DNA from: Candidatus Thorarchaeota archaeon
Lineage (GTDB): Archaea; Asgardarchaeota; Thorarchaeia; Thorarchaeales; Thorarchaeaceae
DNA: 64,000 nt
NCBI GenBank assembly: GCA_029858305.1
Contig: JAOUFI010000001.1
Coordinates: forward strand, 179,031 to 243,030
Reading direction: 5' to 3'
Notes under the pieces: generated by a model
What the model saw: only the letters and a program-made list of their open reading frames with translations
The model's database searches: none
Told to the model about the DNA's origin: nothing
Shown: positions 1 to 8,450 of the stretch, one piece after another
Layout of the letters: each line of letters opens with the position of its first letter
Position numbering within the stretch: position 1 is the stretch's first letter
Made by a program: the position numbers and the translations under genes

Positions 1-192
1 TGGCTAGAAAAAGGAGATTTGATTGGTAGCTTCCTCAGGCCAGCAGAGTATGACCATGTTCACTTCGTTGTATATCTCAACGATGTGTCCATTTGTCCAA
101 GGCTTGTTATGGCAGAGGATGAATATACAGAGATAATGGAATTAATCGAGCTCTTTCATCCAGGAGACGGTTGGCATCTATGTTACCCATGA
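1..192 (+). CDS. 3' end of a gene truncated by the window edge, possible M23-like peptidase domain
   Basis: Open frame WLEKGDLIGSFLRPAEYDHVHFVVYLNDVSICP...CYP*; KGDLIG and HxHF resemble the M23 C-terminal motifs. Confidence 0.45.
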   Translation, partial: WLEKGDLIGSFLRPAEYDHVHFVVYLNDVSICPRLVMAEDEYTEIMELIELFHPGDGWHLCYP

Positions 193-351
193 AACAACAA
201 AGTCGTGAAGACTTATCATAATGCTTCAGGAAAACTCCTACTGATAAAATCAGAAACTCATAGTCGGCATGCTTGAGCTGTGTAAAGACGGTCGCTTCAT
301 CATATGAAACAGATATAGACCACGATGCAATGTAGAAAATAGGTGATTTGA

Positions 352-1026
352 ATGACTGTTACAATTCGATGGTTAGCACATGCAAGTTTTCAAATAAAGA
401 CAGAAACGCAGAATGTCTACATTGATCCATCCACAAAAGACACGGGTCTGAAGAAGGATGATTTCAAACCTGCAGACTTGATATTGGTGACACACGGGCA
501 TAAAGATCATTTTGACAAGGACTTGCTCAAGAAAATCCGTAAGCCTGGAAATCCAGTGATTGCTCCAGGGGCTCTTAAAAAGGAGATGAAAGGTATTGTA
601 ATGTGGGATGTGGGTCCAGGACAATTTATGCAGATGTCTGGTGGATTCCATATTATAGGAACTCAGGCATATAACGTGAAGCGACTTCGACCTAATGGCG
701 AACCGTTTCACCCCAAGGGACTTGGTGCAGGATATATCCTGAAGATTGAGGAAAAGAAAATCTACCATGCTGGAGATACTGACTTAATACCAGAGATGGA
801 ACAATTGAGCACAGCTGGCATAGATGTTGCGCTGCTTCCAGCTGGAGACACATATACAATGGATACTAAAGATGCAGCAGAAGCGGCATTGATGATCAAG
901 CCAAAGGTCGTAATACCGATGCATCTTTGGGATAAGGATCCTACGCCTTTCAAGACAGAAGTTGAGTCAAGGTCATCAATGAAAGTCGTCCTACTTGGAA
1001 AGGGAGAGGAATATACTATAGAATAG
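352..1026 (+). CDS. Metallo-beta-lactamase fold hydrolase (UPF0173-like)
   Basis: THGHKDH, HAGDT and PMH motifs; GGTGA SD upstream. Confidence 0.9.
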   Translation: MTVTIRWLAHASFQIKTETQNVYIDPSTKDTGLKKDDFKPADLILVTHGHKDHFDKDLLKKIRKPGNPVIAPGALKKEMKGIVMWDVGPGQFMQMSGGFHIIGTQAYNVKRLRPNGEPFHPKGLGAGYILKIEEKKIYHAGDTDLIPEMEQLSTAGIDVALLPAGDTYTMDTKDAAEAALMIKPKVVIPMHLWDKDPTPFKTEVESRSSMKVVLLGKGEEYTIE

Positions 1027-1075
1027 ATTATGGAAAACAGGAGACTATCGTCTCCTGTGGCCAATATATTGAATT

Positions 1076-1219
1076 TCAGGGCCAAGACTTTAGTTTCTGA
1101 AGCTCATGTGCTTTGATTTTTGGATCTACCTCAAGTACCTCGACTTTGAGCATCTTGTCACCCTGCCGGTTTTTTTGGACAATGTCGAGTCCTTCGGTTG
1201 TCTGACCAAAGACCGTATG
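1076..1219 (-). pseudogene. Displaced duplicate 3' end of the cyclophilin gene
   Basis: [47 protein letters not shown] is 33/47 identical to the C-terminus of 1899..2387; no N-terminal part. Confidence 0.85.
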
Positions 1220-1719
1220 AGAGTTTATCTCTTCCCAAAAACGTGCACTCTGCACAGAGAATATTTCCTTTTTCGATTCTAAGATGAATGTCTGTTTTTC
1301 CTTTCCTAACGAAAGGTTCTCGCGTTGCTGCTCCTTCAAAAGCAATATTGAGATACGAAAGCAGTAAATCCCTCAGCTGTTCTTCTTTCAATTCAGAATG
1401 GACTTTAGGCGTTTTTTCAAAGCTGTGACCTCCATTTTTTACAAGTTTAACTACTGCTTCAATCGCAATTTTCTTGATTTCAGACTCCTTTTCCTTCTCT
1501 GTCTTTGGATACACAGGTTTGATTTCTTCTCGAACTGTGAGATTAACAAAAGTTTTGTGACCTTTGTTGAAGAGTGCCATTATGGAGCAAATCAGCACTA
1601 TGTCACTCTTTTCAATGGGCTAGAAATATTGTCACCATAATGGCTGCAAAAATACACACGATGACGCCAATGATGCCAATAATATTTCTTTTGTGTTTCA
1701 ATTCTTGTTGCTCCACCAT
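1220..1719 (-). pseudogene. Frameshifted/truncated membrane-anchored PD-(D/E)XK-like nuclease
   Basis: Hydrophobic N-terminus MVEQQELKHKRNIIGIIGVIVCIFAAIMVTIFL in one frame; EEQLRDLLLSYLN...KGKTDIHLRIEKGNILCAECTF in the 1158..1598 frame, broken at the cyclophilin remnant. Confidence 0.5.
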
Positions 1720-1898
1720 CCATATGGATGTGTATTCTCATTGGCAAAGAAGTACTTTAAGCTCTCAGTTCAACGCAACAACTCAAAAATTAATTATTCG
1801 AATATGAAAAAAAGTAAAGCGTATAGAATCATAAATTGAGAAACTTACACTTCATTTTGGAAATTTTCATATCCGTCAAGTTCATTATATTTTTTAGA

Positions 1899-2387
1899 TT
1901 ATCTCCATGATTTCAATTTTTGAAGCTCATGTTTTTCAATCAAAGGGTCCACTTCCAGTACTTCCACCTTAAGCATTCTATCGCCTTGACGGATGCCATT
2001 TACAACTTCCATTCCTTCAATCACCTCTCCGAAGACTGTATGCTTTCCGTCGAGATGTTTAGTGTTTTTCTCATCAAGGACGATAAAGAATTGACTTCCA
2101 CCGGTATCCCTTCCAGCATGAGCCATTGAAAAGGCGCCAACCCTGTGTTTCTGCTTGTGTCCTCGTGTTTCACAAGGAATTGCATATCCAGGTCCACCAG
2201 ATCCTGTACCTGTAGGATCACCACCTTGAATTACAAAATTATCCACAACTCTGTGGAAGGTCAATCCATCATAGTAACCACTCTGAGCAAGTGTGACGAA
2301 ATTTTTGACTGTATTAATTGCATCATCATTCCAGAATTCCGCTAGAATGTTACCACGATTTGTCTGAATTCTAATTCTTGTTGGCAA
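1899..2387 (-). CDS. ppiA: Cyclophilin-type peptidyl-prolyl cis-trans isomerase
   Basis: [47 protein letters not shown]; TTG start. Confidence 0.95.
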   Translation of the reverse strand: MPTRIRIQTNRGNILAEFWNDDAINTVKNFVTLAQSGYYDGLTFHRVVDNFVIQGGDPTGTGSGGPGYAIPCETRGHKQKHRVGAFSMAHAGRDTGGSQFFIVLDEKNTKHLDGKHTVFGEVIEGMEVVNGIRQGDRMLKVEVLEVDPLIEKHELQKLKSWR

Positions 2388-2538
2388 AGTTCAACACCTT
2401 TCAAGTAAATGTACGACCATAATCGCTTTTCTCAAGCTCATGCTTTTTTGTTCTTAGGTATTATGGAAGCTCTGTTAGAGAATAAGTTTCAGTCCCGCCT
2501 ATTGGCTTATTAGCAAACACGAAGAATTCTGGAAACAG

Positions 2539-3744
2539 ATGACCATCGAAAGAGAATACACCGAAGGCAGGATAACATTCCTGAGCGCAGATGTCGAGCA
2601 CTACAGTGGAAATAAGAAACAAATCACTGCAAGCATACCTGTCTTCTACAACGAAAAGATGAGGCTCAACCGTGATATTTCGGTACTATTTCTCTCTGCG
2701 TACTTGAGAGAAAATAAAATTGAAACAATGTGTGAACCTCTAACCGGCTCTGGTGTCAGAACCCTAAGATATCTGAAAGAGTGTCCAGGAGATTTTACTG
2801 CGAAGCTATTTGATGTGAATCCAAATGCTATAGAAATTGCACGTAAGAATATCAAGTCACTGAACCTTGAAACGAGAGCTCAAGTACTCAAGGGTGATGC
2901 AAAGCTTCTATTGTTGACGGAGTCGAGAGAGAAACGATTTGATTATGTAGATGTAGATCCCTTTGGTACGCCCGCTCCGTATGTTAATGCTGCCATTCAA
3001 TCATTAAACCCAGATGGTGGACTCCTTGCCTTAACTGCAACAGACATGCCAGTACTTTGTGGAGCCTATCAAAAAGTCGCATTAAGGAGGTATGGAGGTT
3101 TCTCGGTCAGAGCTCCATTTGTGCATGAAGTTGCTGTAAGACTTCTTGAGGGATTTGCCTTTCGAGTCGCAGGTCTCAACGATTGTTCCATAACACCTCT
3201 TGCAGTTCTGAGCACAGATCATTATATCAGGACTTGGATAAAAATTGAAGCAGATAGAAAGAAGTCCAATCGTCAGACAGAGAACCTAGGTATAATCAAG
3301 TTCTGTGAGGGGTGCATGCAGACCCAAATAATCCCTCAGCCACAGAAATATGATAACGACACATTCGAGCATGCGATGCACAACTGCAAAGGGTTGATAC
3401 GTATGGCCGGTCCATTATGGATTGGGGATTTGTTCAAAATAAAACAACTAAAAGGAGCGCAGGAAATATTCAATCAGGATGATGCAAGTTATTATCACAA
3501 GCGGGTTCAAAGAATCCTAGAAGAAATGATAGAGGAACATTCACTGATTGAAATACCGTTCATAGATCTTCATGCATTATGCGACTTGCATAATTTCACC
3601 CCACCAAAGAACTCGGATATCATCCAGTATCTCAAAACTATGGGGTATAGTGCAACAAGAACACATTTCAGACCCACAGCAATTAGAACTAATGCCCCGG
3701 TGGCAGAAGTTGTGTCTGCGATAAAGAATCTAATGAAAAGGTGA
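2539..3744 (+). CDS. trm1: tRNA (guanine-26-N2)-dimethyltransferase
   Basis: VFYNEKMRLNRD, GSGVRTLRY, DVDPFGTP, TATD, GPLWIG, RTHF...IRTNAP. Confidence 0.95.
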   Translation: MTIEREYTEGRITFLSADVEHYSGNKKQITASIPVFYNEKMRLNRDISVLFLSAYLRENKIETMCEPLTGSGVRTLRYLKECPGDFTAKLFDVNPNAIEIARKNIKSLNLETRAQVLKGDAKLLLLTESREKRFDYVDVDPFGTPAPYVNAAIQSLNPDGGLLALTATDMPVLCGAYQKVALRRYGGFSVRAPFVHEVAVRLLEGFAFRVAGLNDCSITPLAVLSTDHYIRTWIKIEADRKKSNRQTENLGIIKFCEGCMQTQIIPQPQKYDNDTFEHAMHNCKGLIRMAGPLWIGDLFKIKQLKGAQEIFNQDDASYYHKRVQRILEEMIEEHSLIEIPFIDLHALCDLHNFTPPKNSDIIQYLKTMGYSATRTHFRPTAIRTNAPVAEVVSAIKNLMKR

Positions 3745-3750
3745 GTATGA

Positions 3751-4392
3751 ATGGGAAGACAGTCCGAGGGTGAACGACGTAAGAGAGAGTTCTACTACAG
3801 GGCTGCAAAGAAAGCAGGCTATCGAAGTAGATCAGCTTACAAAATAAAACAAATAGCCAAGAAGCATGGCATATTAAACGGGGTTGATATCGTCCTGGAA
3901 CTATGCAGTTCTCCAGGAGGTTGGACTCAAGTACTTCGCGAATTAAATACGAGTCTACAGATTGTAGCAATAGATTTGGAAGCCATGTCACCTGTTCAAG
4001 GAGTTCATTTCATCCAAGGAAGCATCCTAGATGATGAGATTATTGTCAAAGCTAAAACTCTTACAAGGGGACATTTCGATCTTGTATTATCAGACTGTTC
4101 ACCGAAAGTGTCTGGTCATTGGGAACTTGATGTTGTCAGACAGCTTGAACTAGCTAGTCGTACATTCGAGATAGGACAGCAGGTTCTTGGACCAAATGGA
4201 AAAGCCCTCGCAAAGGTGTTCCAAGGGCAGGGTTTTCAAGAATTTATGGCACAAATCCGTTCAATGTTCCGCACAGTGAAACTAATCAAACCCGATGCAT
4301 CACGCAAAACAAGTGCGGAGATATACCTACTTGCAACTGGACCATTTAGGAAAAAATCTGATGAGAGAAGTATGGAAAAAGACACTAATTAA
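3751..4392 (+). CDS. rlmE: 23S rRNA (uridine-2'-O)-methyltransferase RlmE/FtsJ
   Basis: GYRSRSAYK, PGGWTQ, LSDCSP, KVFQG, KPDASRKTSAEIY. Confidence 0.93.
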   Translation: MGRQSEGERRKREFYYRAAKKAGYRSRSAYKIKQIAKKHGILNGVDIVLELCSSPGGWTQVLRELNTSLQIVAIDLEAMSPVQGVHFIQGSILDDEIIVKAKTLTRGHFDLVLSDCSPKVSGHWELDVVRQLELASRTFEIGQQVLGPNGKALAKVFQGQGFQEFMAQIRSMFRTVKLIKPDASRKTSAEIYLLATGPFRKKSDERSMEKDTN

Positions 4393-4732
4393 TATCAGCG
4401 CCCACCCATTCTTCTAGTTCCCTACAAAGGACTGGAGAGTCTGGCTGTCTTACCCCACATTTTGTGATTCTGAGACAGTGAAAACAGGGACAACCATCCA
4501 TGTCAGTCAGACAACTAGGCTCCGATTCCTCTGTCAGTGCGGTCCTCGTTATGTATCTTTCATTTTCTACTTCTTGTTTCTGCATTATCTTTCCCTCGGA
4601 CATCAGAGCTGTTAGAGCTGACGTGATTTGTTCGAGACTAATGTCGAGTCTTTCTTTAAGGTCCATGATGCTAAGACCAGCCTGATCGGCGGTCTTTAAC
4701 TCGTTCAGTATCTGTTCAGATACGCCGTTCAT
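4385..4732 (-). CDS. RPC34-like / TFE-beta (winged helix plus 4Fe-4S cluster)
   Basis: N-terminal wHTH and C-terminal CPCFHC-x5-C-x10-C...LEEW; lies in the gar1-srp19 cluster as in TACK archaea. Confidence 0.8.
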   Translation of the reverse strand: MNGVSEQILNELKTADQAGLSIMDLKERLDISLEQITSALTALMSEGKIMQKQEVENERYITRTALTEESEPSCLTDMDGCPCFHCLRITKCGVRQPDSPVLCRELEEWVGADIN

Positions 4733-4864
4733 TGAAATGACCTTTTGATTGACATGCGACAACATCAAACAAACTACACAGACCGATATTTAACTATCGG
4801 AAGGGGCTATATATTATCGGCAAATGTCGTATTGAATTTGACAAGGATGTACACAAGCGTACAT

Positions 4865-5101
4865 TCATTTTCTATGTATATAGAGAACCTGTCCGATGAG
4901 TTTCTTGGTATCAGACTCTTTGTTTGGGCGAATTGCAACATATGGGTGTTTGACTGGTCCAAAAACGTCGACAATGATGCCTATCTCTTGCGCCCTCTTA
5001 TCAAATACAATCGATTTGTTGCCTACAGGTGGAACCTTCTCAGTACGTACAATGATTGTTCCGCGATGCGAAATCTGAAGTACTGTTCCGAGCCGTCTCA
5101 A
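4865..5101 (-). CDS. gar1: H/ACA RNP protein Gar1/Naf1
   Basis: IGIIVDVFGPVKHPYVAIRP motif; TTG start. Confidence 0.9.
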   Translation of the reverse strand: MRRLGTVLQISHRGTIIVRTEKVPPVGNKSIVFDKRAQEIGIIVDVFGPVKHPYVAIRPNKESDTKKLIGQVLYIHRK

Positions 5102-5125
5102 TATCTTGTCACCTGTGACTAAATA

Positions 5126-5479
5126 CTACTTTCGGTGTTTTTTCTTTCCCTTCTTCGTGGATTCTACCAATCGCATAGACTCCCGTTTAGCAACAGCTCT
5201 TCGGACACCCTTTGCTAGCATTAGTAGAATTCTCTTCTTCTTGTGACCCTCTTCATTCGTAACTGCAATGTACCCCTTTTTGTCAATCCAATTGCGGGGA
5301 TATCTCTTGTCACGTTCAACCTCATATTCAAATCCTGATGATTCTGCAGCCTCTTCCAGAATATCTATTGTAACATCTGAAGCGGCAAGATTACTTGATA
5401 TCTTTCGACCTTGTAGCCGCGTGTAGTTTTTCTCGAAATATGCTGGCCAGAATATGAGCACCCCATCGCGCTTTCTCAT
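5126..5479 (-). CDS. srp19: Signal recognition particle protein SRP19
   Basis: WPAYF...TRLQGRKI, KRYPRNW...G. Confidence 0.9.
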   Translation of the reverse strand: MRKRDGVLIFWPAYFEKNYTRLQGRKISSNLAASDVTIDILEEAAESSGFEYEVERDKRYPRNWIDKKGYIAVTNEEGHKKKRILLMLAKGVRRAVAKRESMRLVESTKKGKKKHRK

Positions 5480-5632
5480 TCCGTACACACCTATGTTCTG
5501 ATGCTGGTTCTCTTACTATTACACTTTTTATCCTTCCCATGGGTATTGATTCTGATGTTTTTCATCCCAAGAGGGAACTTCTTAAGCATCTGAACACGGT
5601 CGATAAATAACCGAGCACAGGATGCTGATGAG

Positions 5633-6118
5633 TTGCACAGAAAGAGTAAGGATGTATATTTTGCAGAGATTGCCGATCTAGTATCATCTAGAAGTACGTG
5701 CCTTAGGGACCAAGTAGGAGCTGTTGTGGTGAAAGAGTCCCAGATTCTCAGCACTGGATATAACGGTGCTCCAAAAGGACTCCCACACTGTTCGGAGATT
5801 GGATGTTTAAGGGATCAGATGGGCGTAAAATCCGGAGAGCGTCATGAACTGTGTAGGGGACTACATGCAGAACAGAATGCCATTATTCAAGCGGCTTATC
5901 ATGGAACGAGTGTCAGGGGAGCAAAGATGTATTGTACGACAAGACCCTGCAGTATCTGCACAAAGATGATTATCAATGCAGGTATTGTCGAAATCATCTA
6001 TATTGATGGTTATGAGGATGCCTTGGCAACACAACTAGTCAAGGAGTCAGAACTCGTTGTTCGTCAGATTATGATTCCCAGAGTCTATGGCAGAAATGGT
6101 ACAAACATAGCTAAATAA
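5633..6118 (+). CDS. dCMP deaminase / ComEB family
   Basis: [30 protein letters not shown]. Confidence 0.9.
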   Translation: MHRKSKDVYFAEIADLVSSRSTCLRDQVGAVVVKESQILSTGYNGAPKGLPHCSEIGCLRDQMGVKSGERHELCRGLHAEQNAIIQAAYHGTSVRGAKMYCTTRPCSICTKMIINAGIVEIIYIDGYEDALATQLVKESELVVRQIMIPRVYGRNGTNIAK

Positions 6119-6190
6119 CTCGCAAAAGCCATTTGTCGGGAAAGCTTAAAGAGTGACTAGGTCCCAGATTTAGTTCTAGGTGCACAGTAC

Positions 6191-7105
6191 ATGGTTGAAC
6201 TCCGAAATTTAATCAGCATACTTGACCTAGAGAAGAAACAGATTGATCATATTCTTGATAATGCGGCTAAAATGGAAGCTGTGGCAGTAAAAAGAAGCAA
6301 AGATTTAGATTCCAAGATTATGGCAACACTGTTTTTTGAACCATCAACACGAACTCGTCTTTCATTTGAAAGCGCAATGTTGCGACTTGGTGGAAGTGTG
6401 CTTGGATTTGCAGAGGCTGGAACCTCAAGTGCAGGTGGTAAAGGGGAAACACTTGCTGATACTATTCGTACTGTTGAAAGATACGCTGATGTAATCGTGA
6501 TGCGTCACCCATTAGATGGTTCTGCTAGGGTTGCAGCAGAGTTCTCCAACATTCCTGTTATCAATGCGGGAAGTGGTTCGGAGGAACACCCAACACAGGC
6601 GCTTTTAGACCTCTACTCTATAAAGAAACTCAAGGGAAAGCTTGATGGAATATCAATTTCCCTCTGTGGGGATTTGAAGTATGGCAGAACTGTTCATTCT
6701 CTTGGAATGGGACTTACACACTATGATGTCACCATCAAACTCGCAGCTCCGCAGTCGTTACGAATGAAACCTGCAGTGATTGAACAGATGAAAAAAGCAG
6801 GCGTGAGCGTGATTGAAGTAGAGAGTATTGAAGAAGCAGTCAAGGATACTGATGTCATCTATATGACCCGCATTCAGAAAGAACGATTTCCAGATCCTAG
6901 AGAATACGACAAGGTGAGTGGCAAGTTTAGTATCACTGCACAAGATGTCAAATTGATGCGAGATGATGCAATTATTTTGCATCCCCTCCCAAGAGTGGAC
7001 GAATTAAGCGCGGAAGTGGATAGTTTCCCACAAGCCAAATATTTCGACCAAGTCTACAACGGGGTCATTGTCCGCATGGCCATATTAAAGATGATTCTTG
7101 GCTAG
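6191..7105 (+). CDS. pyrB: Aspartate carbamoyltransferase catalytic subunit
   Basis: FFEPSTRTRLSF, HPTQAL, HPLPR. Confidence 0.97.
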   Translation: MVELRNLISILDLEKKQIDHILDNAAKMEAVAVKRSKDLDSKIMATLFFEPSTRTRLSFESAMLRLGGSVLGFAEAGTSSAGGKGETLADTIRTVERYADVIVMRHPLDGSARVAAEFSNIPVINAGSGSEEHPTQALLDLYSIKKLKGKLDGISISLCGDLKYGRTVHSLGMGLTHYDVTIKLAAPQSLRMKPAVIEQMKKAGVSVIEVESIEEAVKDTDVIYMTRIQKERFPDPREYDKVSGKFSITAQDVKLMRDDAIILHPLPRVDELSAEVDSFPQAKYFDQVYNGVIVRMAILKMILG

Positions 7106-7827
7106 ATAGGTTCGAGGCTCCTAAGCTCTCGTATCAGAATATCCAGCGAGCCAAGCTTACTGACTGCAAGCGGTATCCGCATCTGCTCAGATAGTTCAAG
7201 TGCCAGACGATCTACCTCTCCAACGCCATGTAGAATGACCAGCGCTGGTTTAAACTCTTGAGATTTTATAGCAATCATCGGAGCTCGACCAGTATTTACA
7301 TTTGTAAACAGCAAACACCGTTCAGTTGTAGCACCAAAGAGCTTTAGAAACGCATCACTGTTGAGCTCCTTCACAGCACGTTCTACATCAACCAATGTAT
7401 AGCCGTAGAGCTGTCGATCCAGGTACTTCTCTCCAGCGACGATTGTACACTTCAACTGCTTACAGAAATTTTTCGAACTGAAAGGAGTTGAAAAATCACT
7501 CATGGCCAGCACAATATTGAGATCAACAAGACTCACGTCCATCAACCTTACAAAAGCTGCAACGGTGTGACCACCATTACGCTCATCAAGACTTAGGAGT
7601 GCCATCACAAAACGTCGTATCGTTGAGGTACCAGGAGACTTCCGTCTTCCGGATTCATAATCGCTAATCACACTAGGGCTGATGCCGAGAAATTCTGCAA
7701 GAATGATTTGAGGAAGTCGAAACCGCTCACGCCAGACTCGCATTGCCTGGCCAGGACTTTCTGATAATGCTATCTCACCTGCTATTCGTCTTGCAAGCCG
7801 GTCTCTGACTGATGACTGATACGACAT
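7102..7827 (-). CDS. Archaeal XRE-type HTH transcriptional regulator (COG1709-like)
   Basis: IAGEIALSESPG, SPSVISDYESGRRKSPG, TGRAPMIAI. Confidence 0.85.
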   Translation of the reverse strand: MSYQSSVRDRLARRIAGEIALSESPGQAMRVWRERFRLPQIILAEFLGISPSVISDYESGRRKSPGTSTIRRFVMALLSLDERNGGHTVAAFVRLMDVSLVDLNIVLAMSDFSTPFSSKNFCKQLKCTIVAGEKYLDRQLYGYTLVDVERAVKELNSDAFLKLFGATTERCLLFTNVNTGRAPMIAIKSQEFKPALVILHGVGEVDRLALELSEQMRIPLAVSKLGSLDILIRELRSLEPI

Positions 7828-7916
7828 TATGCGATGTTTGGAGCAGTGGGAACATAAGCATTTCGACTATTGACGATGTATAGAAGGTGCCTTTCCTAGG
7901 GTGATTAGCTATGTTT

Positions 7917-8105
7917 CTAGGATACCACTACTCTGAAAGAGACACAGCCATTCGGACATTCCTCAACACAGTTACCACATTCTTTGCAATATTGCACATG
8001 TGCGATAGTTGGTTTTTCGTCTATTTTCTCGTAAACCCCATAGCGGCATGTCTTTACGCATGTCCCGCAACCATCGCAGCAGTCATACTCAATTTTGGTA
8101 GGAAT
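7917..8105 (-). CDS. 2[4Fe-4S] ferredoxin (62 aa, apparent ATT start; not in ORF track)
   Basis: (M)PTKIEYDCCDGCGTCVKTCRYGVYEKIDEKPTIAHVQYCKECGNCVEECPNGCVSFRVVVS*; two CxxCxxCxxxC motifs; GGTGA SD 6 nt upstream. Confidence 0.9.
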   Translation of the reverse strand: MPTKIEYDCCDGCGTCVKTCRYGVYEKIDEKPTIAHVQYCKECGNCVEECPNGCVSFRVVVS

Positions 8106-8261
8106 GTCAATTCACCGTGTTTGTCTTATTCAGTGTAAGTTTTGTTATTTAACGACTTAAGACATATAGGAAATGGACATACAGAATGGCTTCAAACTGA
8201 TTGCCTTTCAGCTCATTCCTACTGAAAGAGTCATCAAGATGTACAATGATACGAAAAGAAG

Positions 8262-8402
8262 TGGTGGGCCGGCCCGGATTTGAACCGGGGATCCCTTGGA
8301 TTCTTGCGGGCTTGGGCAATGCCAAGCGGCGACCCAAACCAAGAATCATTTTTGGCAACCGGTCACGAGTGACGGATTGTAGCCAAGCTAGACCACCGAC
8401 CC
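8262..8402 (-). tRNA. tRNA-Pro(TGG) with two introns (D-loop 8350..8380, canonical 37/38 8301..8332)
   Basis: GGGTCGG/CCGGCCC acceptor stem, CTTGG-TTTGGGT-CCAAG anticodon arm after splicing, TTCAAAT T-loop, encoded CCA; BHB central helices TTGG/CCAA and TTTG/CAAG. Confidence 0.9.
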
Positions 8403-8450
8403 TTGCATTCTAGCTTCCTCTCAATTCGAGTTATAAGAATATCTCTGGAT

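Noticed and set aside
5392-5550. Minus-strand frame starting MGRIKSV, resembling ribosomal protein S17e
   Set aside because: Similarity ends after about 6 residues and the frame overlaps srp19
7911-8138. Plus-strand 75-aa ORF in the track
   Set aside because: Shadow of the minus-strand ferredoxin
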